The notes under the pieces were generated by a model, which saw only the letters and a program-made list of their open reading frames with translations, did no database searches and was not told the DNA's origin. Shown piece by piece: positions 1-8,635 of a stretch of 21,521 nucleotides of DNA (position 1 is its first letter; every line of letters starts with the position of its first letter). A program made the translations under genes and the position numbers. Origin of the DNA: a virus (taxonomy: Duplodnaviria > Heunggongvirae > Uroviricota > Caudoviricetes); IMG/VR virus record IMGVR_UViG_2645727635_000012, one strand, 5' to 3'.

Positions 1-5
1 AAAGT

Positions 6-97
6 GATCTCCATCGATGTTATTCAGCGATCTGTTCAAATGTTATTACCCGATCTCGATGGAAGTTATTGAGTGATCTCCTTTCATGAAAATACGC
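6..97. repeat. Four tandem 23-bp direct repeats, each starting with GATC (GATC at 6, 29, 52, 75); first three share GTTATT at the same offset
   Basis: Read directly from sequence: GATCT-N8-GTTATT-N4 units in exact 23-bp phase, downstream of the G-like gene on the minus strand. Confidence 0.7.
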
Positions 98-149
98 ATC
101 CATGAAGCGTTTATGCTGTCACAGCCGATTACAGCGCGTTTGTCGCCAT

Positions 150-701
150 TCAGTCAATCACACGCGCAAAATAGCGGTTTGCAGTGTTTTCCAGCTCGTC
201 GATGTCGTCCTGCACAAGCTGAAGGAAGGGACGCGCGGGCATGTTGACCGTATACGCTCCGACCGTTGCGCTCTGCACAAAATTACTGTTGCGCTTTTTC
301 ACAAAGCGGGTGCTGACGCTGCCGTTTTTGTACTGTTTAAAATACAGGTTCTGCGTCCGTGCCTGATGGCGGATTTCGCCGCCTTCGTTGTGGATACGGG
401 CATAACGGACGTTTGTCCCGACCGTGGCCTCGTTATTGTTAACCGCAGAGCGGATACTGGCAGCCAGTCGCCCGGACTTCTGAAGGATTTGCCCGGGGCC
501 GCGCCGCTTCGCATAAGCCGGACTCCAGCCCATCCATTTCGGGCGACCCTGTTGTTCCAGGTTAGTCTCAACCGCATCCAGCATGGAACCCGCAAGTGCC
601 GTCATCAGGTCGCGCCGGTCCTTCACGGAGTGAATCAGTTTCCCCAGCGTGGTGTTATACGCGCTTAAATCAATCTTAATATCCAGTTTACCGCCGCTCA
701 T
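150..701 (-). CDS. Virion morphogenesis protein, Mu G-like
   Basis: 183-aa ORF immediately downstream of the F-like gene with 4-bp overlap; position and size match Mu G; family assignment by synteny. Confidence 0.6.
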   Translation of the reverse strand: MSGGKLDIKIDLSAYNTTLGKLIHSVKDRRDLMTALAGSMLDAVETNLEQQGRPKWMGWSPAYAKRRGPGQILQKSGRLAASIRSAVNNNEATVGTNVRYARIHNEGGEIRHQARTQNLYFKQYKNGSVSTRFVKKRNSNFVQSATVGAYTVNMPARPFLQLVQDDIDELENTANRYFARVID

Positions 702-1864
702 GATGCCTCCGGGGTGTCCTGCATAACCCAGTCTGTCAGCACGTCATCCTCCACCGTCGCCACTGACCAGCGGTCGCCCGACTGTAACGCATACCGCCAC
801 GCGTTGCCGTCCTGCGTGACATGCTCCGCCCGTTCGATGGTCTGCTGCATCAGCACATAGTCGGCGGCGGTCGGGGGCGTGTCTGTTGCACTGAGGCGCT
901 TCATGACGTCAGCCGTAAGGTTTACCGTCTGCCGTGCAGCGCCCGTGGCGGCGACCTGTTCCGGTGAACGGATGGCCAGCGGATATCGCTGGCGCGCATC
1001 CAGTTCGCTGACGTTCGCCAGCCCCCGGGCAAAATCCGGCCCGGTCAGGGTGCCGGTGACATACTGGCGGGCACTGCGGTAATCGTATTTTTCCGGTTCA
1101 GGCTGCCATGCCACTTTTCCGGGGTTAAAACCGAAGCCCGGGTCAGCGGTGTATACGGAGCCGTCCGGCATCTTCAGCCCCATTGTTCTGATGGTCTGGC
1201 CCGGCTGGCCATATTCCTGTTCAATCTCAACCAGTCGCCCCTCGCTGCTCTGCACCGTCAGGCCATATTTCTCCACATCAGACGCCGAACGCGCCCGGAT
1301 ACGGCAGCGGCATCCGTACCCGTCAGGCGCGTAGAAATACTCCCAGACCGGGTCATCCGCCCGGGCGGTAAAACCGTTCAGGGCGGCGTGTTTCGGGCGG
1401 GTGCGAAGGTCCATCACCGCCACGCGCTCAAAATAAGGCCGGTCAGCCACGTTCGCCATCTGTTGCTGATAACGCCCGGCGTTATATGACGACTGAATGT
1501 TGGTATCAAATATCGTGCGCAACCGGCGCGGCGTCAGTTGTCTGCCGTGCAGTTCGCCGGTGTCCTCGTCCACAATCAGTTTTTTACCCAGCCAGCCTTT
1601 TTTCTCCAGTAACGGCTCCAGTTGTGCAGCAAACTCCCGGAACGTCCCGCCGTCAGCCAGTGCCGCCGTCAGGCCATCACGGATATCCTTCAGCACATCC
1701 AGTTTCAGCACGCCCGCCACCGTGAACGCCCGGGCGTTGGCGATGTCCTTCACATCGTGCCAGCGGAAGCCAATAACGTACCCCTTGCTTTCGAAATACT
1801 TAATCGCTTCTTCCGGTTTCAGGGTGTACGCATAACCCAGGTCAACATCGTCAGCTGTCGGCAT
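698..1864 (-). CDS. Head morphogenesis protein, Mu F-like (gp30 family)
   Basis: 388-aa ORF directly after portal; size and sequence character typical of Phage_Mu_F family; synteny portal then F then G. Confidence 0.8.
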   Translation of the reverse strand: MPTADDVDLGYAYTLKPEEAIKYFESKGYVIGFRWHDVKDIANARAFTVAGVLKLDVLKDIRDGLTAALADGGTFREFAAQLEPLLEKKGWLGKKLIVDEDTGELHGRQLTPRRLRTIFDTNIQSSYNAGRYQQQMANVADRPYFERVAVMDLRTRPKHAALNGFTARADDPVWEYFYAPDGYGCRCRIRARSASDVEKYGLTVQSSEGRLVEIEQEYGQPGQTIRTMGLKMPDGSVYTADPGFGFNPGKVAWQPEPEKYDYRSARQYVTGTLTGPDFARGLANVSELDARQRYPLAIRSPEQVAATGAARQTVNLTADVMKRLSATDTPPTAADYVLMQQTIERAEHVTQDGNAWRYALQSGDRWSVATVEDDVLTDWVMQDTPEAS

Positions 1865-3446
1865 TCAGACGCCCCCAGATATCCGCCACAAAGAATGCCT
1901 GCGTCAGCAACTGCCGCAGCGTGTCATCCGGCAGTTCCGGCCATGCTTCCGCCAGTACGTTCATGGCCTCGTCTGCATCCCGGCCTTCCTGTATGGCCTG
2001 CACCAGTGGGGCCACCAGTTCGTTCATCCCCTGCGCGATGGCCTCTGCCGGAAGCTCTGCCCGGTCGATGGCGCGCTGTGCCGGGTCGTCCTCCCCGTTG
2101 TCCTGCTGACTGAGCGCGGCAACATTCAGCCGCTCACGCAGCTGGCTGAGGCCCGCCTGCACAGGGAGACGCTGTGCCACCGGCACCAGTACCTCTTCGC
2201 CGTCTTTCGGGGTGGGGATACCGGTTTTTTTGCGCACCCACGACGCCGGGATATCCTTCATCCCCACACTGTTGAGCAGCACGCTGACGGCTTCCGCCAC
2301 GCCCTTAATGTCGGCTTCCTGCTGCACATCAAACACCAGGCGCGGAAGACGGCGTGACGGGATATCCTGCCAGCCGTTGAGACTGGCCATCATCTGTATC
2401 AGACTGCTGAACATGCCGGACAGCTGGCGTGCATCAGCGGTCAGAATGTCGTGCCGGACCTCGTTATGGACATTACCCAGTGCGTTGGTGGAGGTTTTAC
2501 CGTCGGCCTGGCTGGTCAGCGTACTGCCCAGAATCACTTTTGAGGTGGTACGCTCCGCCCATTCCACCATCGACATGAACGCCTCCGGTCCGCCGGATGC
2601 GGCTTCCTTGAACTCAATCTCGTTACCCTGCGGCAGGGCTGCCACCGCTTCATGCCCCAGATTGACCAGCGCCTCAAGAATGTTATCCCGGTCTTCGTCA
2701 CTGGTGCCCTGTGCATAGTAGGCAATGCGCGCCGGAAGGCCGTAAATCTCCAGAAATTCCGCCATATCACGCAGCGCAAAGTTTTTAAACAGATACGGCC
2801 AGACCAGTACGCGGAACAGGCCGGATGAACCCAGGAACCCCGACCGGGCGTTGTAACGGTGAACCAGCCAGCCGAATGGCCACAATGCGGAACCGTCCTT
2901 ACCGTCTTCCCCACGGTTGCCGTCATCCAGCCGGAGTTCGTCATTGTGTTCCGGCAGGGTAATAAACCAGTTATGCGGGCGCAGCGTCACCGCATCCGGT
3001 AACCACGTTTTATCCACGAACGCCCAGCTGATTTCCTGACAACTGAAGCCATAACCGACACTGGTCATCCCGTTGAGGATGATGTCCTCCATGTCCGGGA
3101 TGCCGTGCAGCCACTCATCCACGGCGGCAGTCAGCTCCTTTTCTGCCTTCGAGGCATTGCGGGGAGGTTCCACCGACCAGTCCAGCGTCAGCAGCGCTTT
3201 TTTGCGCTTTTCCATCTCGGCGAACAGATGACCATCACGCTCTTCCATATCCGCAAACAGCATCGCCTGCGCCGGAAGATAACCGCGTTCGGCTGCTTCC
3301 AGAATGCGCGGCAGTTTTCTGATGTTCAGACCACGGGACGGGTGGTCGGGATAAATGCGCAGCCGTTCCGCCACTCTGACCGACTGCGTGGTTTTGAGTG
3401 CCTCACGTTTCAGCGGGCGTCCGTAAATATCAACAAGCTGTGCCAT
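1851..3446 (-). CDS. Portal protein, Mu gp29-like (DUF935 family)
   Basis: 531-aa ORF directly downstream of large terminase, 4-bp gap; size and position match Mu gp29. Confidence 0.85.
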   Translation of the reverse strand: MAQLVDIYGRPLKREALKTTQSVRVAERLRIYPDHPSRGLNIRKLPRILEAAERGYLPAQAMLFADMEERDGHLFAEMEKRKKALLTLDWSVEPPRNASKAEKELTAAVDEWLHGIPDMEDIILNGMTSVGYGFSCQEISWAFVDKTWLPDAVTLRPHNWFITLPEHNDELRLDDGNRGEDGKDGSALWPFGWLVHRYNARSGFLGSSGLFRVLVWPYLFKNFALRDMAEFLEIYGLPARIAYYAQGTSDEDRDNILEALVNLGHEAVAALPQGNEIEFKEAASGGPEAFMSMVEWAERTTSKVILGSTLTSQADGKTSTNALGNVHNEVRHDILTADARQLSGMFSSLIQMMASLNGWQDIPSRRLPRLVFDVQQEADIKGVAEAVSVLLNSVGMKDIPASWVRKKTGIPTPKDGEEVLVPVAQRLPVQAGLSQLRERLNVAALSQQDNGEDDPAQRAIDRAELPAEAIAQGMNELVAPLVQAIQEGRDADEAMNVLAEAWPELPDDTLRQLLTQAFFVADIWGRLNADS

Positions 3447-3449
3447 TAA

Positions 3450-5108
3450 TTACCATCCTCCTGAACCAAAACGCCCGCCACGGTCACGCCCGGTGCTGCG
3501 TGGGGTGTGTATCTGAAATTTTGCGCTGCGCGATACCGCCAGCGTCCACAGCATGTGCAGACAGTCCGGGCCATCATCGTGGTCGGCTTTGGGGTAGTGG
3601 CGCAGCTGGTCAATCAGCGTCTGATGTGTGTGGCTGATACGAATCAGGCCGTTGGCCATATGCGGCTGAAGGGATTCGATACGCAGTGCCTTATCCTCCA
3701 GCGGGATGACCGGCAGCGCCGGAACCGGCACACCCAGCGCCGCCGAACGCTCAACCAGCACGGTACGCAGAAACTCCTGAAACTGAACGGACTCAAACGA
3801 CCAGCACAGGCAGTGATATTCCCGCTGATACTTAATCACGTCCTCGATAAGTTTATTCGGCAGACGTCGGCGGATATCGGCTTCAACCACATCCAGAATG
3901 CCGGTAAAGCGGTTAAAGCCCCCCACGAGAATGGCCGACGGGTCGCGGTTTTTATTCTTCTTCCCGAGACTGGGGTCAACAGCGCCGTAGAACACCCATT
4001 CATCAAGACGGTTAACCCAGAACTTAATGCAGCCCGCAAACAGCGCATCTTCACCGCTGACCGGGTCGTTCTGGTATTCAGAATCAAAGGTGTCATGACC
4101 GTCACGGACACGAATTTTCATCAGCGCCAGCAGGGGACGCGCCGCCCATGACACCACCGACCCGGCGAGCATCTCAGCCTCGTTCTGTCGGTAAAGTGCC
4201 TCCGCTGCTTCCGGCTGTTTGTTGCGGATGAGTTCTTCCCACTCGTCCCACAGCTTCATGTTGGCAGGCCACTGAATAACGGCCTTAAAGCGGGCCGTTT
4301 TCCACATCGGGTTATTGAGTGTGCGCGACAGTACGGAGTCGTAATGCAGGATGGTCCCGATATAAATAATATCGGTTTTACCGCCAGCCTCACCCAGCGG
4401 CATCACGGTTTTGGTGAGCCAGTCATGCAGCTTGTCGCGCTGCTCCGGGTTACGCACCATCTCGTCGTTCTCGATATCGTCGAGGATGACCAGGTCAGGA
4501 CGGTACGGACCGTGGCGCAGACCACGCAGTTTTTTACCACTACCGGCAACGGTCACCTTGATATTGTTGGCTGTGACGATGGTCCCCATACGCCAGACGC
4601 GACCCTGCCCGCACACCTCCGGGAAATCGTTTTTTAAACGGGGGTTAAATTCCAGTTCAGCCTTGATGGCTTCCAGCATCGGATAAGCCTGGTCGATACT
4701 GTCCATAATGATGACCGGGTAATGCTTAATGGCCCGGATAATGTTCCACAGGGTAAACAGCTGAGTCACCAGCGTGGATTTTGCTTCACCACGAGGCGCG
4801 GCGATGGCGTCGTTCTCCGGGTCCGGGCTTGCCACAACCTGTGGCAGACGGCTGAACAGGTATTTATGCAGCTCACTTTTTGCCGGGTTGCGGACGTAAT
4901 GCGGGAAATAGTTTTCGACAAAATAATCGTAGCCCGTCACCGGGTCGCAGACTGCCGCCCGGCGGGCCTGTGTGGCCTGCGGGTTAACATCGAACCCCAG
5001 ACATTCAGCCTCGATGGTCTGGCGGAGGTTGGCGATGTACTCCTGCAGGCTTCTCTGAAACTCTTTAATGGAAAGTTTACGTTTTGCCACGTCACACCTG
5101 GTATACAA
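3450..5108 (-). CDS. Terminase large subunit, Mu gp28-like
   Basis: 552-aa ORF with ATPase-like segment (DLVILDDIENDE) and nuclease-like C-terminal half; alternative GTG start about 18 nt inside preceded by AGGTG. Confidence 0.85.
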   Translation of the reverse strand: MYTRCDVAKRKLSIKEFQRSLQEYIANLRQTIEAECLGFDVNPQATQARRAAVCDPVTGYDYFVENYFPHYVRNPAKSELHKYLFSRLPQVVASPDPENDAIAAPRGEAKSTLVTQLFTLWNIIRAIKHYPVIIMDSIDQAYPMLEAIKAELEFNPRLKNDFPEVCGQGRVWRMGTIVTANNIKVTVAGSGKKLRGLRHGPYRPDLVILDDIENDEMVRNPEQRDKLHDWLTKTVMPLGEAGGKTDIIYIGTILHYDSVLSRTLNNPMWKTARFKAVIQWPANMKLWDEWEELIRNKQPEAAEALYRQNEAEMLAGSVVSWAARPLLALMKIRVRDGHDTFDSEYQNDPVSGEDALFAGCIKFWVNRLDEWVFYGAVDPSLGKKNKNRDPSAILVGGFNRFTGILDVVEADIRRRLPNKLIEDVIKYQREYHCLCWSFESVQFQEFLRTVLVERSAALGVPVPALPVIPLEDKALRIESLQPHMANGLIRISHTHQTLIDQLRHYPKADHDDGPDCLHMLWTLAVSRSAKFQIHTPRSTGRDRGGRFGSGGW

Positions 5109-5142
5109 ATATCAGACGGCCCGGAAAACCGGGCCGCTGTGG

Positions 5143-5643
5143 TTAACTGAAATTATCCTCAAGCTCTTTAGCGAAGCCTTCGAGCACCTCAAGAAACGGG
5201 GCATACTGTGCCGGGTGACGCTCCTTGATGAACGCGCCGAGCCGCTGCACCACTTCCAGTGCCGTGGCGAGCCGGTCGGTTTCCGGCAGGATTTTTTTAC
5301 TGCTGGCCACCGCCTTACTGAGACTGTCAGACAGACTCGCCAGCAGTTCGACGGACTCCTGCGGCGGGATGTCCGGGTTCTGGTTCAGCCGTTCAAGCGT
5401 CGTCTGACACTTCACCACCAGACTGATAAGCACGGTGCGGGCGACACTTTCCAGCCCGTCACCGGCGAGCGCGTGCGCGGCCCGCAGCTTGTCCCAGTCG
5501 TCGCCGTTCTTCATCGCCTGCGTTTTCCAGCGCCGCGCGGTATCGTGCGGCACGGCGTATTTCATGGCGACGATATCCAGCGGAAGCTGGTCAAAGATGT
5601 ACCCGTTACGGACTTTGTCCCTGATATCCTGTGACCACGCCAT
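5143..5643 (-). CDS. Terminase small subunit candidate (Mu gp27-like)
   Basis: 166-aa ORF immediately upstream of TerL in the same orientation; N-terminal region looks like a DNA-binding domain; assignment by synteny. Confidence 0.5.
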   Translation of the reverse strand: MAWSQDIRDKVRNGYIFDQLPLDIVAMKYAVPHDTARRWKTQAMKNGDDWDKLRAAHALAGDGLESVARTVLISLVVKCQTTLERLNQNPDIPPQESVELLASLSDSLSKAVASSKKILPETDRLATALEVVQRLGAFIKERHPAQYAPFLEVLEGFAKELEDNFS

Positions 5644-5849
5644 TAAGTGTCCTTTTGAGCCTGTTCAATCAGGCATTTAACTTCGTCGGGATTTTCAAGA
5701 ACATACACGTTTTTCCCGGTATCCAGCTCAATGATCGTGCCACCATATGCACCACACTGACGGTAAAAATGGGTGATGCGTTCAGCGACTACCATGACAG
5801 CGCTGGTGCTCCCTGAGCCTGCGCATTCTGTAAATCTGATAATGCTCAC
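5643..5849 (-). CDS. Hypothetical small protein (68 aa), GTG start
   Basis: ORF with GAAGGT Shine-Dalgarno 8 nt upstream of GTG; overlaps TerS-like start by 1 nt. Confidence 0.45.
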   Translation of the reverse strand: MSIIRFTECAGSGSTSAVMVVAERITHFYRQCGAYGGTIIELDTGKNVYVLENPDEVKCLIEQAQKDT

Positions 5850-5869
5850 TGTGTCAGACCTTCAAAAAA

Positions 5870-5957
5870 TCAGTTCTGTGATGAACACTGCCGGATGCCG
5901 TCAATAATCCGGCAGACCTGCGCCACCGCATCAAAGAATTGGTAGCCTTGTTAAGTC
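5870..5957. repeat. Partial duplicate of the 3' end of the lipoprotein gene (copy A of a direct repeat; copy B at 6180..6266)
   Basis: About 92 percent identity over the first ~60 bp including the TGA stop, one 3-bp indel; minus-strand translation gives a remnant ...FFDAVAQVCRIIDGIRQCSSQN* paralogous to the lipoprotein C-terminus. Confidence 0.8.
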
Positions 5958-5958
5958 A

Positions 5959-6147
5959 TTAACCCAGTTTCGCCCGAACTAAAGCATCTTTTGCTTCCAG
6001 CAATTTACGTAACCCGACCGACTTTTCCGGCCCGTCTGGCAGAGACTCATCCATTTTTCTTGCCAGATCGCCAATCGGTTTACTCACTTCCTGTAACGAA
6101 GCCGGAAGATGTTCATAAGCGAAATATTTCATAACTGGTGATGCCAT
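5959..6147 (-). CDS. Hypothetical 62-aa protein inserted between the duplicated segments
   Basis: ORF with strong AAGGAG Shine-Dalgarno 5 nt upstream of ATG; flanked by repeat copies A and B. Confidence 0.55.
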   Translation of the reverse strand: MASPVMKYFAYEHLPASLQEVSKPIGDLARKMDESLPDGPEKSVGLRKLLEAKDALVRAKLG

Positions 6148-6179
6148 AACTTCTCCTTAGTGAAACAACTGGCAGATGT

Positions 6180-6362
6180 TCAGTTCTGTGAACACTGCCG
6201 GATGCCATCAACAATCCGGCAGACCTGCGCCGCCGCGTCAAACAGCTGGCCCGCCCTGTTAATGTCTGTGCATCCCACCGGAAGCAACATCATCAGAAAC
6301 AGGGCCAGAACACAGCGCGCGGCTTTACGTGGCGTCCTGTGGGTCCAGTGCTGACGCGTCAT
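6180..6362 (-). CDS. Putative lysis-associated small lipoprotein (o-spanin-like?)
   Basis: 60-aa ORF with basic N-terminus, hydrophobic stretch and Cys (LLPVGC); start overlaps the endolysin stop by 4 nt. Confidence 0.5.
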   Translation of the reverse strand: MTRQHWTHRTPRKAARCVLALFLMMLLPVGCTDINRAGQLFDAAAQVCRIVDGIRQCSQN

Positions 6363-6904
6363 ACCACCACGCGCTCCTTCAGCCAGCCATAAACAAACGA
6401 TTCGTTAGCCTCGCGTTTCTCGGCCAGCTCCAGATAGCGCTCACCCTGCGTGCAGTTCAGGGCTGTCAGCATCACCCGTTCACTGTCCTGACCGCGATTA
6501 TTCAGGAAGGCGCGCAATGCGCTGATAGTACGAGGTCCGATGCGTCCGTCTGCGTCCATATCCGGGTACAGCCTGCCGCGCAGGTTGAAAACGTTCAGCC
6601 AGCGTTGGAGCATTTTTGACGCCACGGATGGCCCCATATTCACACCGGTATCACACAGCTCTGCGGCAATATCAGGGGATAACGCTGCTACCTGGTCAAA
6701 TCGCGGGCCATACCAGTAATCGGCTTCAAGGATATCCAGCGCCTGTTCGCGGGTTAACTCACGCATATCGCCACGGTATCCGTGGGCACGGGCGACTTTT
6801 TCCGTAATGCCCCATTTGGTCGGACCGCCCTTATCGTCAGGGTGATTGACGTAACCGCCTTCTTTGCCCAGGACTTCATCAAAAATGTCATCTTTTGATT
6901 TCAT
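6359..6904 (-). CDS. Endolysin, glycoside hydrolase family 108 with C-terminal peptidoglycan-binding domain
   Basis: N-terminal motif EGGYVNHPDDKGGPTKWGIT is characteristic of GH108; C-terminal region resembles PG_binding_3; sits in the lysis cassette. Confidence 0.85.
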   Translation of the reverse strand: MKSKDDIFDEVLGKEGGYVNHPDDKGGPTKWGITEKVARAHGYRGDMRELTREQALDILEADYWYGPRFDQVAALSPDIAAELCDTGVNMGPSVASKMLQRWLNVFNLRGRLYPDMDADGRIGPRTISALRAFLNNRGQDSERVMLTALNCTQGERYLELAEKREANESFVYGWLKERVVV

Positions 6905-7190
6905 GTGGATGCCTCAGTAACGAAAGGATTTTTGACAAATTCCCGTGCGCCCACACGATAAGCGCACAGAAAACCAGATTCAGCGCCACAACCAGCCAGC
7001 TGGAGTGCGTGTATGTACCGGACAGCCAGCGGAACGGGATGATGATGTAGCCGAGCATCAGCCAGTACGCCAGCCAGGTAATCATCGGTTTATGCGCCGC
7101 ACCGTGGCGGCGATACACAAACAACCCCAGCACAATGGCGAGGCACAGCCAGACGTTCACGATACCGGCAAGGCTACTTTCCATTTCCAC
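6888..7190 (-). CDS. Holin-like membrane protein (100 aa, about 3 predicted TM segments)
   Basis: Strongly hydrophobic segments; immediately upstream of and overlapping the endolysin. Confidence 0.55.
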   Translation of the reverse strand: MEMESSLAGIVNVWLCLAIVLGLFVYRRHGAAHKPMITWLAYWLMLGYIIIPFRWLSGTYTHSSWLVVALNLVFCALIVWAHGNLSKILSLLRHPHEIKR

Positions 7191-7566
7191 CCCCTCCGCC
7201 GCGCAGTCTGGAAAACAGGCCGAACAGCGATGAAATTTCCTGTTGATAAAGAAAGGTCAGTATCTTGATGGATAACGCCGAGACACCGACCGCACACAAT
7301 GCATCGAGTGGCTTGTCGTTGTAGTGGGTCAGCCACTGCATCAGTGACGCAGCCACGCCAGCCCCCAGAACGCCAACCACAAACGCGACGAGCAGGTGGA
7401 TAGCCATTCGCCAGACCGGGATTTCTTTCTGCTGCGTGACAACAAAAAGCGCCCCGGCAAACGCGCCCACCACGACCCCGAAATCGGTATTGGTGAGAAG
7501 GCCAAACACACTGGCACCACCGATGGTGACTGCCACAGCTCCGCCGCCTGATAAGGGTTCAGACAT
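7174..7566 (-). CDS. Holin-like membrane protein (130 aa, multiple TM segments, Gly-rich C-terminus)
   Basis: Start trimmed to the internal ATG preceded by GGAGAAA; hydrophobic Gly/Ala/Val-rich helices; overlaps the next gene. Confidence 0.55.
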   Translation of the reverse strand: MSEPLSGGGAVAVTIGGASVFGLLTNTDFGVVVGAFAGALFVVTQQKEIPVWRMAIHLLVAFVVGVLGAGVAASLMQWLTHYNDKPLDALCAVGVSALSIKILTFLYQQEISSLFGLFSRLRGGGGGNGK

Positions 7567-7753
7567 GAGTTTCTCCTGTAAATCTGAGCCACTGACGGCC
7601 CGTAAATAACACCCTGTCAAAGGCACAAAAGCCTTTTGCAGGGCGCTATCCCTTAAGGTGCCTTGTGGTCTGAGTGGACAGGGTAAACGGTCTGGTGTGG
7701 TGGGTACTGCTGGGGGTGTTCAGCACCCCCGGCAGGTTGATTATCTGGATGGA

Positions 7754-8041
7754 TTAAAGGGAAGCGAGTTTTAATGGTGGCTTATAACATGCCCGCGCCA
7801 GCAGGTTAGCTCTTTCCACGGCATTACGCATTTCCCGTTCTGCGTCAATCATTCTGTTTACGGCGGACAGCACTTCATCATGATTCGTTACTGATTCCGG
7901 GCTTTGGGCCTGTTTCGCCAGGTAACTGGATAAATTGCACATTTCAGCATGTCGGCGACGGGCTGCATCCCGGGCCTTGTCTGAAAATGCGGTATATTCA
8001 CCGAGTACTGCATAGTCGATATCGGTGTCAGAACGCATCAT
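7754..8041 (-). CDS. Hypothetical protein (95 aa), first gene after the Mor/C-family activator
   Basis: ORF with AAGGAG Shine-Dalgarno 7 nt upstream of ATG. Confidence 0.5.
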   Translation of the reverse strand: MMRSDTDIDYAVLGEYTAFSDKARDAARRRHAEMCNLSSYLAKQAQSPESVTNHDEVLSAVNRMIDAEREMRNAVERANLLARACYKPPLKLASL

Positions 8042-8068
8042 TTCGTGTCTCCTTTTTTCTGAGGCCCA

Positions 8069-8536
8069 TTAATCAAAAAGCCCCACCTGGGTGGGGCTTT
8101 TCAGCGAAGTCTGTTTTTGTCGTCGGTGTATCAGCTGCCATGCGTACCGGTCTGAAATGCCGTAACGGGGACAGAGCAGTGCCAGCGCCTGCCGGTGTGA
8201 GCATCCGTCTTTTACATGCTGCTGTAAATCAGCCATAAAACGGGTGTTACGCAGGGCACGTAACGCATGATCGCAACGGGGAATGTAAAACGGAGCACCG
8301 CCAAGAAAGCGGATCAGTTTGTTGATTTCGTCTTCGGTCAGCACGTCATGTAACAGGGCATGGACACCGCCGGTGCGTTCGGCGTGTACGCCGGTTTTAC
8401 CGCTTAACGTCACGCCACCAAAAGAACGAATCAACCGGGTCAGGGCGGGGAAGCCAATCACGCTAATCAGTTGCTGCACGGAATCGGGCAGCAGTGCCTG
8501 CGCATCGCGAAGATCTGTTTCACTGAAGGTCTGCAT
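8069..8536 (-). CDS. Mor/C-family transcriptional activator (middle or late gene activator)
   Basis: 155 aa; C-terminal region LGGAPFYIPR...RYGISDRYAWQLI matches the Mor/C family signature; GGAGA Shine-Dalgarno; sits between early region and lysis genes. Confidence 0.8.
   Translation of the reverse strand: MQTFSETDLRDAQALLPDSVQQLISVIGFPALTRLIRSFGGVTLSGKTGVHAERTGGVHALLHDVLTEDEINKLIRFLGGAPFYIPRCDHALRALRNTRFMADLQQHVKDGCSHRQALALLCPRYGISDRYAWQLIHRRQKQTSLKSPTQVGLFD
8075..8101 (-). terminator. Intrinsic terminator overlapping the last codons and stop of the Mor/C-family gene
   Basis: GC-rich stem AGCCCCAC / GTGGGGCT flanked by A-run and T-run; on the minus strand the hairpin is followed by UUUUUGAUUAA. 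Confidence 0.6.
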
Positions 8537-8559
8537 GATGGCGTCTCCGGTAGTAACTT

Positions 8560-8595
8560 ACTGTTATTATAGTCATACATGATCGCCTGTACAGA
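8560..8595 (-). promoter_or_regulatory. Candidate activator-dependent promoter for the Mor/C-family gene
   Basis: Perfect TATAAT on the minus strand (plus 8566..8571) about 30 nt upstream of the start codon; poor -35 (CTGTAC), as in activator-dependent Mu middle/late promoters. Confidence 0.35.
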
Positions 8596-8597
8596 CC

Positions 8598-8625
8598 ACA
8601 AAAAAGCCCCTGCATGGCAGGGGCT
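8598..8625 (-). terminator. Intrinsic terminator downstream of the cargo gene
   Basis: Perfect 9-bp stem AGCCCCTGC-atg-GCAGGGGCT followed on the minus strand by a U6 run. Confidence 0.7.
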
Positions 8626-8635
8626 AAACTAAGTC

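Noticed and set aside
102-668. 188-aa plus-strand ORF
   Set aside because: Lies entirely antisense within the G-like gene; Arg/Cys-rich low-complexity translation typical of a GC-rich antisense frame; no ribosome-binding site
1622-2113. 163-aa plus-strand ORF and other plus-strand ORFs at 879..2109
   Set aside because: Antisense to the F-like and portal genes; Pro/Arg/Ala-rich composition; not supported by gene context
3507-4151. 214-aa plus-strand ORF and further plus-strand ORFs across 3105..5634
   Set aside because: Antisense to the terminase and portal genes, which have strong family and synteny support
7341-7592. 83-aa minus-strand ORF in an alternative frame
   Set aside because: Fully nested in a different frame of the 130-aa membrane protein gene; no independent start signals
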